From a virus (Duplodnaviria; Caudoviricetes), in IMG/VR virus record IMGVR_UViG_3300033069_002007, positions 20,908-84,907 of that record: DNA of 64,000 bases; one strand, 5' to 3'. Both the position numbers and the translations under genes were made by a program. Shown here one piece after another: positions 37,721 through 47,657 of the stretch. Position 1 is the first letter of the stretch, and each line of letters begins with the position of its first letter. The notes beneath the pieces are model-generated. The model saw only the letters and a list, made by a program, of their open reading frames with translations. It had not been told where the DNA came from and did not search any database.

Positions 37721-38190
37721 TTGAAATCCAAGCTCCTAACGAATTACCTTTATCCACCAATTTATATAAAGTTTTTCTAGCTGGTTCCATTGAAATGGGA
37801 GCAGCAGAAAAGTGGCAAAGTAAGTGTGTAGATGAACTTAGAGAATACACTGGTTTTATTTTCAACCCTAGACGTGACGACTGGGATTCTTCTTGGAAAC
37901 AAACTATTGACGATCCTAAATTTAATGAACAAGTAACTTGGGAATTAAATGCTTTAGATTTAGCTGACAATATAATTTTATACTTTGATCCAAATACTAA
38001 ATCTCCTATTTCACTTCTAGAATTAGGACTTCATGCTAGTTCAGATAAATTAATAGTTTGTTGTCCTGAAGGATTTTGGAGGAAAGGTAATGTTGATATT
38101 GTTTGTAAAAGATATAATATTCCTTGTTTTGATAGTTTAGATCAAAGTTTAGATTATTTAAAATATCAGTTAAGCGGAGAATTATTCTAA
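37717..38190 (+). CDS. Nucleoside 2-deoxyribosyltransferase-like protein
   Basis: VFLAGSI, FNPRRDDW, EQVTWE, SPISLLELG. Confidence 0.85.
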   Translation: MIEIQAPNELPLSTNLYKVFLAGSIEMGAAEKWQSKCVDELREYTGFIFNPRRDDWDSSWKQTIDDPKFNEQVTWELNALDLADNIILYFDPNTKSPISLLELGLHASSDKLIVCCPEGFWRKGNVDIVCKRYNIPCFDSLDQSLDYLKYQLSGELF

Positions 38191-38385
38191 ATGGACGAGT
38201 TAAAAAATGATATGGATAATTGTCATTCTTGGGTTCTACCTAAAGGAACAGTTATTCAATATTACGGAATACCTTATTACTTAGCTGAAGATACTGAAGT
38301 TCTTGGTAACACTGATCCAACTAAAGTTGTATTTGTACCTCCTAGTGATGACGATATTCGGAAATTTTTTGATGATGTCGACTGA
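38191..38385 (+). CDS. Hypothetical protein
   Basis: Small packed ORF. Confidence 0.5.
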   Translation: MDELKNDMDNCHSWVLPKGTVIQYYGIPYYLAEDTEVLGNTDPTKVVFVPPSDDDIRKFFDDVD

Positions 38386-38878
38386 TACCAGTAAGATAAC
38401 AACTAAAGATATAGAAGGTAGATTGTTTGAATTTGCACTTCGGGATCTCAAACAAAATCTAGCAGTTCTTAGATGCACTGCTATGGGTCCCGAAGCCGAT
38501 CTTCTAACTCTCAGTTCGACAGCCTATTTAACAGAATATGAAATTAAAACATCATATTCTGATTTCCGAGCTGACTTTAAAAAGAGTAAGTGGTTGACAT
38601 ATTTGGATGAAAAATTACAAGTTAAAAAGACTTATCATGGTAATCCACATATGCCAAACTACTTCTATTATTGTTACCCTAAAGGATTGATTAAATTAGA
38701 TGAAATTCCTAACTATGCAGGAGCAATTGAAGTATCTAAAACCAAATATGGTTTCCGATTTGATATTTTAAAACGTGCTCCTAGATTATCTAAAGTAAAA
38801 TGCAACCCTAAACTTATGCGAACGATGATACGGTCACTTAGTTTTAAAACTATGAATTTGCTAAGAAAGGAATCATGA
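38372..38878 (+). CDS. MmcB-like PD-(D/E)XK nuclease
   Basis: EADLL...EYEIKTSYSDFRADFKK; likely start 38372/38375. Confidence 0.7.
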   Translation: MMSTDTSKITTKDIEGRLFEFALRDLKQNLAVLRCTAMGPEADLLTLSSTAYLTEYEIKTSYSDFRADFKKSKWLTYLDEKLQVKKTYHGNPHMPNYFYYCYPKGLIKLDEIPNYAGAIEVSKTKYGFRFDILKRAPRLSKVKCNPKLMRTMIRSLSFKTMNLLRKES

Positions 38879-38900
38879 TTTTTTATTTATTATTCAATGA

Positions 38901-40781
38901 ATGAAAATTCCTAAAATAGATGACTGTATAATATCTCCAAAAAGTAAATTAGGATATGTTTATGACGTAGAGACTTATCCTAACTTTTTTTGTGTATCTT
39001 TTTATAACGGTCGTGATCATATTCAATTTGAAATCAGTAGTAGAAAAAATGAATTACCAGAAATTCTAGAATTTATTAAAAACAAAGTTCTAATCGGTTA
39101 CAACAATTCTAAGTTTGACGATTTAATTATAAACTACCTATTACAGGAAGAAGTTTATCTGAAAAGATTTAAAGGTGAGGAAATAGCTAAAGGTTTATTT
39201 TCTATCGCAGGTATGGTAATTAATTATTACCAGTCAGGATCTAAAGATGAAACTATCAAGAAGTTAAAATATTTAGATAAACCATATACCTCACTTGATT
39301 TGATGAAAATAGGAAATATTCAGAAGGGTTTAAAATTAGTAGGAGTATCCCTCAAGTGGTATAATATTCAAGACCTTCCTTTTAAATGGGATATTCCTTT
39401 AGAGACAGAAGAGCAAATGGATTTCGTAATGTCATACAATAGAAATGATACTGAAATGACTTTACTTCTAACTCATAAATTAGAAAAAGAAATTGAGTTG
39501 AGAGTTAACTTATCCAAGCTATATGCTGTGGATGTTATTTCAGAATCAGATTCAGGTATCGGTAACATTCTCTTCGAGAAGATGTATAAAGAGAAAGCAG
39601 TTCAGAAAAACTTCTCTGACCTAAGAACTCATAGATCAGTTGTTCATTTAAGCGATTGTATATTTGATGACATCAAATTTGAAACCAGACAGCTTACTAA
39701 AGTCTTAAATGATTTAAAAGCAATCAGTATTCCTAAAGGAGAAAAAGGTTTTAAAATTAGCGTTCCAGCTATTGAGTTTAATAATGCTCGATATCAATTA
39801 GGAGTAGGTGGTATTCATAGTGAAGATGAGGCAGGTATATTTGAATCAACTGACGACTTATTCATTATTGACTCAGATGTTACGTCATACTATCCTTCGA
39901 TGATCATAAATAAAAAAGTAAAACCTGCACATCTAGAAGATTGTTTTGTTCAAGTTATGTATGATATTACTCAAGAAAGAGTTGCTGGTAAGAAAGCAGG
40001 GGATACAGTTAAAGCTGATGGATTAAAAATCGTTATCAATTCAGCTTTTGGTAAATTAGGATTTGAAGGATCATATTTGTATGATGAGCAGGCCTTATTA
40101 ACAGTAACTCTAAATGGTCAACTCTATTTACTTATGCTTATAGAAATGTTAACCGGTAAGAATTTTCAAGTCATATCAGCTAATACTGATGGTATCATAA
40201 CTTTGGTTCCAAAGGATCGTAAAGAGGAATATGATTCTATTTGTACTGACTGGCAGAATAAAACTAAACTTAATTTAGAGTATACTTTTTATCGAAAGTA
40301 TGTCAGAAAAGATGTTAATAACTATATCGCAAAAACTATAAATGATAAGATTAAATCCAAAGGTTGTTTCCTACAAGACATAGATATTAAAAAAGGTTTT
40401 GATGCTCCTGTTGTAAACTTCGTATTGAAAAAATATTACATGGATGGGTTACCTCTGGAAAAATCATTGATGGAACATAAAGATATTTATGATTTCTGTA
40501 TTGCTCAAAAGATGGGTGGTCAGTTTGAAGCTGAATATGGTGGTCAGTCGGTTCAAAAAAGTGTTAGATTTTATGTCTGTAAATCAGGTAAGAAATTACT
40601 TAAGTGGAAAACAAATGAAGATGGTAGTAAGAGTTCTACTGACTTATGTGTAGGTAAATCAGTTCAACTATTCAATCAATTTGAACAAAGAGACGATTAT
40701 AATATAGATTATGATTATTATCTCAGAGAGTTAAGAAAGATAACAGGAGAACTTAATAAAGCAGAGGAAACATTATGGTAG
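38901..40781 (+). CDS. polB: Compact family-B DNA polymerase with proofreading exonuclease
   Basis: YDVETY, GYNNSKFD, YNRND; DVTSYYPS, KIVINSAFG, SANTDG. Confidence 0.9.
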   Translation: MKIPKIDDCIISPKSKLGYVYDVETYPNFFCVSFYNGRDHIQFEISSRKNELPEILEFIKNKVLIGYNNSKFDDLIINYLLQEEVYLKRFKGEEIAKGLFSIAGMVINYYQSGSKDETIKKLKYLDKPYTSLDLMKIGNIQKGLKLVGVSLKWYNIQDLPFKWDIPLETEEQMDFVMSYNRNDTEMTLLLTHKLEKEIELRVNLSKLYAVDVISESDSGIGNILFEKMYKEKAVQKNFSDLRTHRSVVHLSDCIFDDIKFETRQLTKVLNDLKAISIPKGEKGFKISVPAIEFNNARYQLGVGGIHSEDEAGIFESTDDLFIIDSDVTSYYPSMIINKKVKPAHLEDCFVQVMYDITQERVAGKKAGDTVKADGLKIVINSAFGKLGFEGSYLYDEQALLTVTLNGQLYLLMLIEMLTGKNFQVISANTDGIITLVPKDRKEEYDSICTDWQNKTKLNLEYTFYRKYVRKDVNNYIAKTINDKIKSKGCFLQDIDIKKGFDAPVVNFVLKKYYMDGLPLEKSLMEHKDIYDFCIAQKMGGQFEAEYGGQSVQKSVRFYVCKSGKKLLKWKTNEDGSKSSTDLCVGKSVQLFNQFEQRDDYNIDYDYYLRELRKITGELNKAEETLW

Positions 40782-41047
40782 AAGATACTAAGAAAAAACA
40801 AAAAGCTAGAATTTATATAGCTAAACGTCGATTAGAAGATCCTATTCAAAATAGTTTATACTCAGTTAATTCCCAGAGACGAGTTAAAGGTAAGAAACCA
40901 ATCACTCGTTCTCAATTACAAGAGTATTTAAACTTTTGCTTTAAAGCTAAGTTGTTTAAAGATTTTAAAAATAGACGAAGTAATAATGGAAAGTTTTCAA
41001 TCGATACTTTTCTACTCTTGAAAAAACAAAACTTACTAGTATTATAA
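40775..41047 (+). CDS. Hypothetical basic protein
   Basis: Coupled ORF. Confidence 0.5.
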   Translation: MVEDTKKKQKARIYIAKRRLEDPIQNSLYSVNSQRRVKGKKPITRSQLQEYLNFCFKAKLFKDFKNRRSNNGKFSIDTFLLLKKQNLLVL

Positions 41048-41073
41048 TAAAAGTCAGGTAATATACTAATCTT

Positions 41074-42858
41074 ATGAAACTAGTGTTTTACCTGGAAGAA
41101 TATTCAAGAAGTTACTCATTACGAGTAGATAGATTTTTAGACGCTGAAGATTTTAAACTAATCAACGACGATCTTAAGTCCATATATATATTTTATGACA
41201 AAGAGTTGAAAGGTTGGAAGATACCTAAAAAGAATGCTCTTGAGTCTGTATTATTTATAACTAGAAAATTTGGTTGGGATGTTGATCTTGGATCAATAGT
41301 GGTTCAAGAACCAACTATTGAACTTGAAACTAAATTTTTAAGACGAGGTAAATCACCAGTATTTGAACCTGATGTCCTAAGAGTAAATCTATTTAAGTAT
41401 CAATTAGAGGATGTAAATTGGGGGCTTCAAAGAAATAGATTTTTTATAGCCTCTGATCCTGGGGTTGGTAAAACAATAGAGTCTATAGCTATATTCTCTC
41501 AATTAGCTAAACAAAACTTAATTGATTCGTTATTTATTTTAGTAAAAAATAATCTTCCTTTTCACTGGGAAAGGGAGATAGTAGAGTATTCAAATGTTTT
41601 TAGTGAGGAAGATATTTGCATATTAACGAATAAAAACAAAAAATATTTCTTTGAAGAAAAAAGACCGAGAATAGTTATTTGTCCCAATCACCTATTGACT
41701 GATGTACTTGATAGTTACTCTAATTTTAATTTGAAAAAATTATGGAAAAAAGAAAGTATAGGACTTATAGTAGATGAAAGTCATGAGTTTAAAAATCCTA
41801 AAGCTCAAAGAACGAAAGCTCTTTTTAAAATAATCGATTCATTTAGTTATAGAGGTCTCTTAACTGCTACTCCTGCAATTAATGGTTTTGAAGATTGGTA
41901 TCACCAAATGAAACTATTAGACAATGGTAGTATTTCTTATTCGGAAAAACTATTTAAACTAGATATTGCAAAGAAAATAGGAACTAAATATGACCAGTGG
42001 GGTATAAGAGAATATAATACTGATAGAGTTGAATTTTATCTAAATTCTTTTAAACCTTGGGTTGTCAAAAGACTGAAAGTTGATCTTCCAGAAATGAAAA
42101 CTAAACAATTTGTAAAACCTGTTTGGTTGGAGATGAGTCAAAAACATATTAATTTATACAACATGATTAAAAAGTTGTATCTAGAAAAGTATAAGGAAGT
42201 TGATGGAAAACAAACTCTCCATGAAATAGAAAACAAATACCCTTATTTAATTATGTGCTTAGAGAATCCTCTAATGTTATTAGATAAAATTTTAGACGAT
42301 GATAAAGCATTGTTTAAACCAGTAGAAACTGCACTGAAGAATTGGAAACTAGATGATCACAATAAAGTAAGTTATCTAGATGAGTTTTTACTTGAGAAAG
42401 TAAAACATCAAAAGGAAAAGGTTATAGTTTTTGATAACCATCCTAAAACTTTAGACTTACTACATGCTAGATATCCTGAATATCGTCCTTCCCTTATACA
42501 TGGTGCAGTAAAACTCTCTCAACTAGAGAGACAAAAAATAGTAGATCGATTCAATGATAAGTATGATGAAACTAAAGTTATATTTTTAAATCCTCAAACC
42601 GGTGGAACAGGTATAAATTTAAATAAAGCATGTAAGTATACCGTATTTTATTCTACTCCAAATGATGGTACCCTCTACCGGCAAGCGTTAGATAGAACTC
42701 ATAGGATATCATCTATTTGGGATTCTTTTGTTTACATTTTGACTTTTGGTAAAACATTAGATGAAAAAATAATGAAAAGAAATCTAGCTAAAGCTGACCT
42801 AAATGATTTTAGTTTTAAAAATGATATTAACAAAGAATACCTTTTGAGTCAAATATAA
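41074..42858 (+). CDS. SNF2-like SF2 helicase
   Basis: DPGVGKT, DESH, LTATP, GGTGINL, QALDRTHR. Confidence 0.9.
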   Translation: MKLVFYLEEYSRSYSLRVDRFLDAEDFKLINDDLKSIYIFYDKELKGWKIPKKNALESVLFITRKFGWDVDLGSIVVQEPTIELETKFLRRGKSPVFEPDVLRVNLFKYQLEDVNWGLQRNRFFIASDPGVGKTIESIAIFSQLAKQNLIDSLFILVKNNLPFHWEREIVEYSNVFSEEDICILTNKNKKYFFEEKRPRIVICPNHLLTDVLDSYSNFNLKKLWKKESIGLIVDESHEFKNPKAQRTKALFKIIDSFSYRGLLTATPAINGFEDWYHQMKLLDNGSISYSEKLFKLDIAKKIGTKYDQWGIREYNTDRVEFYLNSFKPWVVKRLKVDLPEMKTKQFVKPVWLEMSQKHINLYNMIKKLYLEKYKEVDGKQTLHEIENKYPYLIMCLENPLMLLDKILDDDKALFKPVETALKNWKLDDHNKVSYLDEFLLEKVKHQKEKVIVFDNHPKTLDLLHARYPEYRPSLIHGAVKLSQLERQKIVDRFNDKYDETKVIFLNPQTGGTGINLNKACKYTVFYSTPNDGTLYRQALDRTHRISSIWDSFVYILTFGKTLDEKIMKRNLAKADLNDFSFKNDINKEYLLSQI

Positions 42859-42896
42859 TACTAATTATAAAAGATTACCGATAAGGTCACCAAATT

Positions 42897-44474
42897 ATGT
42901 CAACACATATTTATAAGTCATTAAAACCATATAAATCAATTTATAAATTCTCTGAGAATTCATTCTCTAATACTGTAGTATCTAGAATATTAGTTTTATT
43001 TAATCGAGTTTTACAAAAAAGAATTCATAAACCTTTATTTGGTTCACCTGAACTATATGACTTAATTAAGACTCCTGAAGGTAAATTTTATACTTTCGAC
43101 TATGAATTTGGAAAAGGTTTGAAGTTAAGATATCGAGTTCTTGTTGGTAAAAGTGCAAGTATTCATTCCGTAGATTTTTATTTTAAACCATACTTTGATA
43201 AATTTCCTAGTTATACTTTAAATACTCAAGGAGTAAATTTAAATCAACTTCTTGACCTAATTGCATCAACTATTATTAACCGAGAACCAGCAGTTGAAAC
43301 AATTCTGTTTGAAGGAGTCACTCCTTTAAAAGAAGATAAATCGTTTATATCTACTCTTGCTAATAATCTCCCTATTAAAGCTTCTGGACTAAAAGATTAT
43401 CTCTTGTCTGGAATTGACTCTCCTAAGATCGATACTTTTTTACCAAAAGCTAAAGGTAAAGACTATGATCAAGTAGCAACGATGTATAATCGTTGGGCAA
43501 GTAAGAATAAGCAAAAAACATTTTCTAGTGGAGCAGCGATTCGATCAGTTATTTTTCAAGGTATGATCGCTGGTGGTCTAAAAGATGGGGTTACAGTTGA
43601 AGTTAAACCGGGAAAAAGAATACCTGAGAAACAATTACCAACTCAATTAGACATTGATATTGAAAAAGAAATGGCTAAATTCAAAGGTACAACTGATGAA
43701 AGATTTCAGGAAATGTATGATTATGTTGAGGATGTGGCTACAGGTAAATCCTACTCAACTATTATCATCGGTGATCCTGGTATCGGTAAAACTTATGGAG
43801 TCGAAGAAGTACTTAAACAAAATGGTTTCTCCGTAGAAGAAGTAGACCCTCAGATTGAATACTTAACTGATGATGAAGGTAATGAAACTCCAGTTCGTCC
43901 CACAATTGAATCAAACAAATATATTTTGGTAAAAGGTAAAGTTACTCCTACTGCTCTATACAACATGTTGTATCTATATAATAATGCTATTATTGTATTT
44001 GATGATAGTGATGATGTACTTAAGAAAGATCCAAATTTAGTGAAAGCAGCAACAGATGATAAGCCTAGAAGAAAGATTACGAATTCTAGTGCTAAAACAA
44101 TGAAGTTAGATTCTTTCTTCCCTCCATCATTCTTATATACAGGTAGATGTATTTTTGTATCTAACTTATATGCTGAAGATATTGATTCAGCTATTATTTC
44201 AAGAGGGAATATTATTGAACTAGTATTGACTTCAGATGAAATGATTGAACGAGCTAAAACTTTAACTCCTAAAATTGTTCAAGAAATTCCTGGTGCAACT
44301 AGTAAAATGGCAACAGAAGTACTTGACTTCTTATTAAGTATATCACATCTATTTGGTAAACTTGACTTGAGAACTTACGGTTCAGCTATTAAAGCTCGAG
44401 TTCGTAACTCTCCTGACTGGCAAAATCGAGTAGCTAGAAGTATCATAACTAAAGCTAAATCATTAGGTGCATAA
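42897..44474 (+). CDS. AAA+ ATPase with large N-terminal domain
   Basis: GDPGIGKT, IVFDDSD, FVSN, ISRG. Confidence 0.8.
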   Translation: MSTHIYKSLKPYKSIYKFSENSFSNTVVSRILVLFNRVLQKRIHKPLFGSPELYDLIKTPEGKFYTFDYEFGKGLKLRYRVLVGKSASIHSVDFYFKPYFDKFPSYTLNTQGVNLNQLLDLIASTIINREPAVETILFEGVTPLKEDKSFISTLANNLPIKASGLKDYLLSGIDSPKIDTFLPKAKGKDYDQVATMYNRWASKNKQKTFSSGAAIRSVIFQGMIAGGLKDGVTVEVKPGKRIPEKQLPTQLDIDIEKEMAKFKGTTDERFQEMYDYVEDVATGKSYSTIIIGDPGIGKTYGVEEVLKQNGFSVEEVDPQIEYLTDDEGNETPVRPTIESNKYILVKGKVTPTALYNMLYLYNNAIIVFDDSDDVLKKDPNLVKAATDDKPRRKITNSSAKTMKLDSFFPPSFLYTGRCIFVSNLYAEDIDSAIISRGNIIELVLTSDEMIERAKTLTPKIVQEIPGATSKMATEVLDFLLSISHLFGKLDLRTYGSAIKARVRNSPDWQNRVARSIITKAKSLGA

Positions 44475-44693
44475 TTGAAAGAAGAATTAATTGAATTAAG
44501 TGGTGTCATCCTTGAGATATTAAAGGGTGACAACTTTAAAGTTAGAACTGAAAACAATCATATTGCAGTTTGTAAACCTTCCGGTAGAATCAGGCTCCAT
44601 AAAATATATATGGTTCCTGGTGACAAAGTAAAAGTTGAAGTAAGTCCTTACGATTTAAGTAAGGGTAGAATAGTATTTAGAGAAAAGAGTTAA
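44475..44693 (+). CDS. infA: Translation initiation factor IF-1
   Basis: GVILEIL...FKVRTEN...SGRIR...PGDKVKVEVSPYDLSKGRIVFR. Confidence 0.93.
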   Translation: MKEELIELSGVILEILKGDNFKVRTENNHIAVCKPSGRIRLHKIYMVPGDKVKVEVSPYDLSKGRIVFREKS

Positions 44694-44704
44694 AAGGAAA
44701 ATTA

Positions 44705-44968
44705 ATGTACGCAGATTACGATTGCCCAAAATGTAAACACAATGAGTTCATACAAAAACCATACGGTAAAGAACATGAATGGCCTGAGGATATTAAGTGT
44801 CCTACTTGTAATGATGGAACCCTTTTGGAGAGACAAAAAGGTCAAGTCGGGGATATATCTATTGGTTACCATGATGGTATAATGTATAATCCTTCTAAAT
44901 ACGTACCCATGAATAGTTTATATGGAGCAGCTGGGAGAACACTAGGCGTTGAAGGTGATTCCGAGTAA
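44705..44968 (+). CDS. FmdB-like zinc-ribbon protein
   Basis: YDCPKC...CPTC. Confidence 0.6.
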   Translation: MYADYDCPKCKHNEFIQKPYGKEHEWPEDIKCPTCNDGTLLERQKGQVGDISIGYHDGIMYNPSKYVPMNSLYGAAGRTLGVEGDSE

Positions 44969-44983
44969 TTACTAATTTAGATC

Positions 44984-45697
44984 ATGATAAGTTTAAAACC
45001 ATATACTTCAATTTATCAAGAACGAGCAATGAGTCTATCTGAAGCTAAAAGTTTAGCTCTTGCTCAATATAAAGATACTGACGGTATAACTGTAGTTATT
45101 TATGACCCAAGATTATTTTATTCAGCTACTGATTTAGATGACACTAGTTTTAGTAGTGATTATATTTGGAACGATGCTATTTATGCAACATCTACTTTTG
45201 GTTCAGATGATGATGTTCCCAAAGGAGCTTGGGTAATAAGACGAACTGCGTCTAAACCAGGAACAAAGATCGGTCCTCTTTTATATGATATCATCTTATC
45301 AATAGCTGCTGAACATAATAAATTTATAGTTCCAGATAGATATTCAGTTTCAGATTTAGCACAATCTGTTTGGAGATATTATCATGACTTAAGACCTGAT
45401 GTTCTAAAAGTTAAATTAGATGATGATATGAATCCTATAACTAAACCTAAGTCAGATGATGGTAAGTTGTATCCTAAAACAGATGACAGTTATGATAATA
45501 GACACTTTCTAAATTTTATGTATAAGATTAAACATCCTTTAGATACGACTAGAATGATACAAAATCATATTAAGTTACTAGATATAGCAAACGACTTAAA
45601 AGTAAGTAAATCCAAATTCTTTAAAACCTTAGAAACTGTAACTCATCAGTTTTTTGTATATCTGTTTAATAATAAAAAAGCTAGAGCTGGTAAGTAG
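44984..45697 (+). CDS. Putative GNAT-fold protein
   Basis: KPGTKIGPLLYD...PDRYSVSDLAQSVW resembles acetyl-CoA-binding motif A region; inference. Confidence 0.45.
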   Translation: MISLKPYTSIYQERAMSLSEAKSLALAQYKDTDGITVVIYDPRLFYSATDLDDTSFSSDYIWNDAIYATSTFGSDDDVPKGAWVIRRTASKPGTKIGPLLYDIILSIAAEHNKFIVPDRYSVSDLAQSVWRYYHDLRPDVLKVKLDDDMNPITKPKSDDGKLYPKTDDSYDNRHFLNFMYKIKHPLDTTRMIQNHIKLLDIANDLKVSKSKFFKTLETVTHQFFVYLFNNKKARAGK

Positions 45698-46194
45698 TGA
45701 ATAAAATATTTGTAGGTATTGATAATGGAACCACTGGAGCAATTGGAATTTTATCCAATAATTCAAGTATTGTAAAATGGTTTCCGACTCCAATTAAAAC
45801 TGAACTTTCTTATACTAAAGAAAAACAAAACATATCTAGAATAGATTTTCCTAACTTGATTAAACTTTTAAATGAAGAAGTACTGAGTTATGGAGTTCCA
45901 GTTAGAGTTGTTATGGAAAGACCTCGTGTAAATCCTGGTCAATTCCGTACAACAATGTCAGCTATGAGATCATTAGAAGCGACTCTAATAGCACTAGAAG
46001 AGCTTCAAATACCTTTCTCATATATTGATTCAAAACAATGGCAGAAAGAATTACTCCCATCTGGTCTAAAAGGACCGGAATTGAAATCTGCTAGTAAGGA
46101 TATTGGTAAGAGATTATTCCCACAAGTAGATTTTGGAAAATCAGATTGTGATGGAATTCTAATCGCTGAGTTTGCCAGAAGACATCAGTTGTAG
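45697..46194 (+). CDS. ruvC: RuvC-like Holliday junction resolvase
   Basis: GIDNG, VVMERP, QWQK, DCDGILIA. Confidence 0.8.
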   Translation: MNKIFVGIDNGTTGAIGILSNNSSIVKWFPTPIKTELSYTKEKQNISRIDFPNLIKLLNEEVLSYGVPVRVVMERPRVNPGQFRTTMSAMRSLEATLIALEELQIPFSYIDSKQWQKELLPSGLKGPELKSASKDIGKRLFPQVDFGKSDCDGILIAEFARRHQL

Positions 46195-46200
46195 TATTTT

Positions 46201-46210
46201 TATTTATTAT
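46201..46210 (+). promoter_or_regulatory. Representative of recurrent TATTTAT(T/G)AT motif (putative middle promoter)
   Basis: Copies oriented with the downstream gene at 3120,5443,10023,11455,15936,19465,23227,25985,27580,29821,31608,61011 (-) and 32099,38884,46201 (+). Confidence 0.75.
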
Positions 46211-46233
46211 ATCAGTAGGAGAAATAAAAATAC

Positions 46234-47352
46234 ATGATATCACAAGAATACAGACCATTAACTTTAGACAAAATCGTAGGGCATGACAAAGTAGTACAAG
46301 AAGTCCGAAATAGGTTTCTAACTAAGACTTGGCCTCAGGTTTCATACTTCAGTGGATTATCAGGTGGTGGTAAAACTACTTTTGCTCTAAATATCGCAAA
46401 GATTATTCAATGTGAATCTCCAATCAATGAGTATACTCCTTGTAATGAATGTTCATATTGTATGGATATTAATAAAGAGAGTTTTAAATTAGGAACTCAT
46501 ATGTTCAATGGTTCCAACTTAGATACTGAAACTATGAGGGATATTGAGGAGATAACTGAAACTACTTCAGCTTGGTCAAATAAAATAGTTATTATCTTGG
46601 ATGAGTTACAAGAACTACATTCAAATAAAAAAGCTCAGAAAAATTTACTCAAAGCATTGGAGAAAGAAAATACTGAAGTATACTTTATTCTCCTATCTAT
46701 GGATGACTCAAAAGTAGATAAAGCTATTCGTGGTAGATCAGTTCACTACAAATTGTTTCCAGTTGATTATATGATCATCGGAGAATATCTATATAATATT
46801 TGTACCTCAAAAGGATTAGAATTAGATGAAGTAAAAAGTAATATTCTAATTACAATAGCTGAGAATTCAGGTGGTTCAGTTCGTCAAGGTTGTGCATATC
46901 TTGAACGAGTTATTTCTGGTAATCTTTGGACCGAAGAGGATGTAAATAAAACTCTTAATTTTGTAAATTCACAGACAATAAATAATTTATGTCTACAATT
47001 GATTGATCAAGATCCTAATATTTTTTCAACAGAATTAAATGAAGATGTGATTGAAAAGATTAAATCCAATCTAATTAAGTTGAGTAAAAATTTAGTCGGA
47101 GCGACTCTATCTCCTTATGAAAAAACTCAAATAGATAAACTTATAGGATATAAAAATGCTACGATTCAAAAAGTTTTATTTATTATAGATACGTTAAATG
47201 AACTATTTAGATTCCCTTACATTAATAAGGAATTGATAGATTCTATTTTACTTAAAATATTTGTGACTAAAACTATTGAACAACAAATAACTAAATCTTC
47301 TGTTGAAGATAAACCAGTAGAAGAAGTTAAAAGACGGAGAACATCAAATTGA
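46234..47352 (+). CDS. dnaX: DnaX-like clamp loader (gamma/tau)
   Basis: YRPLTLDKIVGH, SGGGKTT, PCNECSYC, ILDE, LLKALE, GGSVR. Confidence 0.9.
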   Translation: MISQEYRPLTLDKIVGHDKVVQEVRNRFLTKTWPQVSYFSGLSGGGKTTFALNIAKIIQCESPINEYTPCNECSYCMDINKESFKLGTHMFNGSNLDTETMRDIEEITETTSAWSNKIVIILDELQELHSNKKAQKNLLKALEKENTEVYFILLSMDDSKVDKAIRGRSVHYKLFPVDYMIIGEYLYNICTSKGLELDEVKSNILITIAENSGGSVRQGCAYLERVISGNLWTEEDVNKTLNFVNSQTINNLCLQLIDQDPNIFSTELNEDVIEKIKSNLIKLSKNLVGATLSPYEKTQIDKLIGYKNATIQKVLFIIDTLNELFRFPYINKELIDSILLKIFVTKTIEQQITKSSVEDKPVEEVKRRRTSN

Positions 47353-47657
47353 CAACAGCAGAAATACCTCCTGAAGATGGTAATTTTGAAGAAATAGATA
47401 GATCAACTGTAGAACGATTACAACACCATTGTGATCTTATGCAAGAGGATTTAGATGATGTTATAGTTATAACAAGACGTAAATTCAAATACCCTGATGG
47501 ATCAAATGGGTATCAAATTTACTACGCAATGGTTGGGGATCTATTTATAAATGCACAAGCATTAAATAGTGTCAATAAATATTTTCAGGAAAATATGGAA
47601 GAATTAGTTCATGAACAAATAATACCTTTGGATAATTTTGATGACCCACGCTCCTAG
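47349..47657 (+). CDS. Hypothetical acidic protein
   Basis: Coupled ORF. Confidence 0.5.
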   Translation: MTTAEIPPEDGNFEEIDRSTVERLQHHCDLMQEDLDDVIVITRRKFKYPDGSNGYQIYYAMVGDLFINAQALNSVNKYFQENMEELVHEQIIPLDNFDDPRS

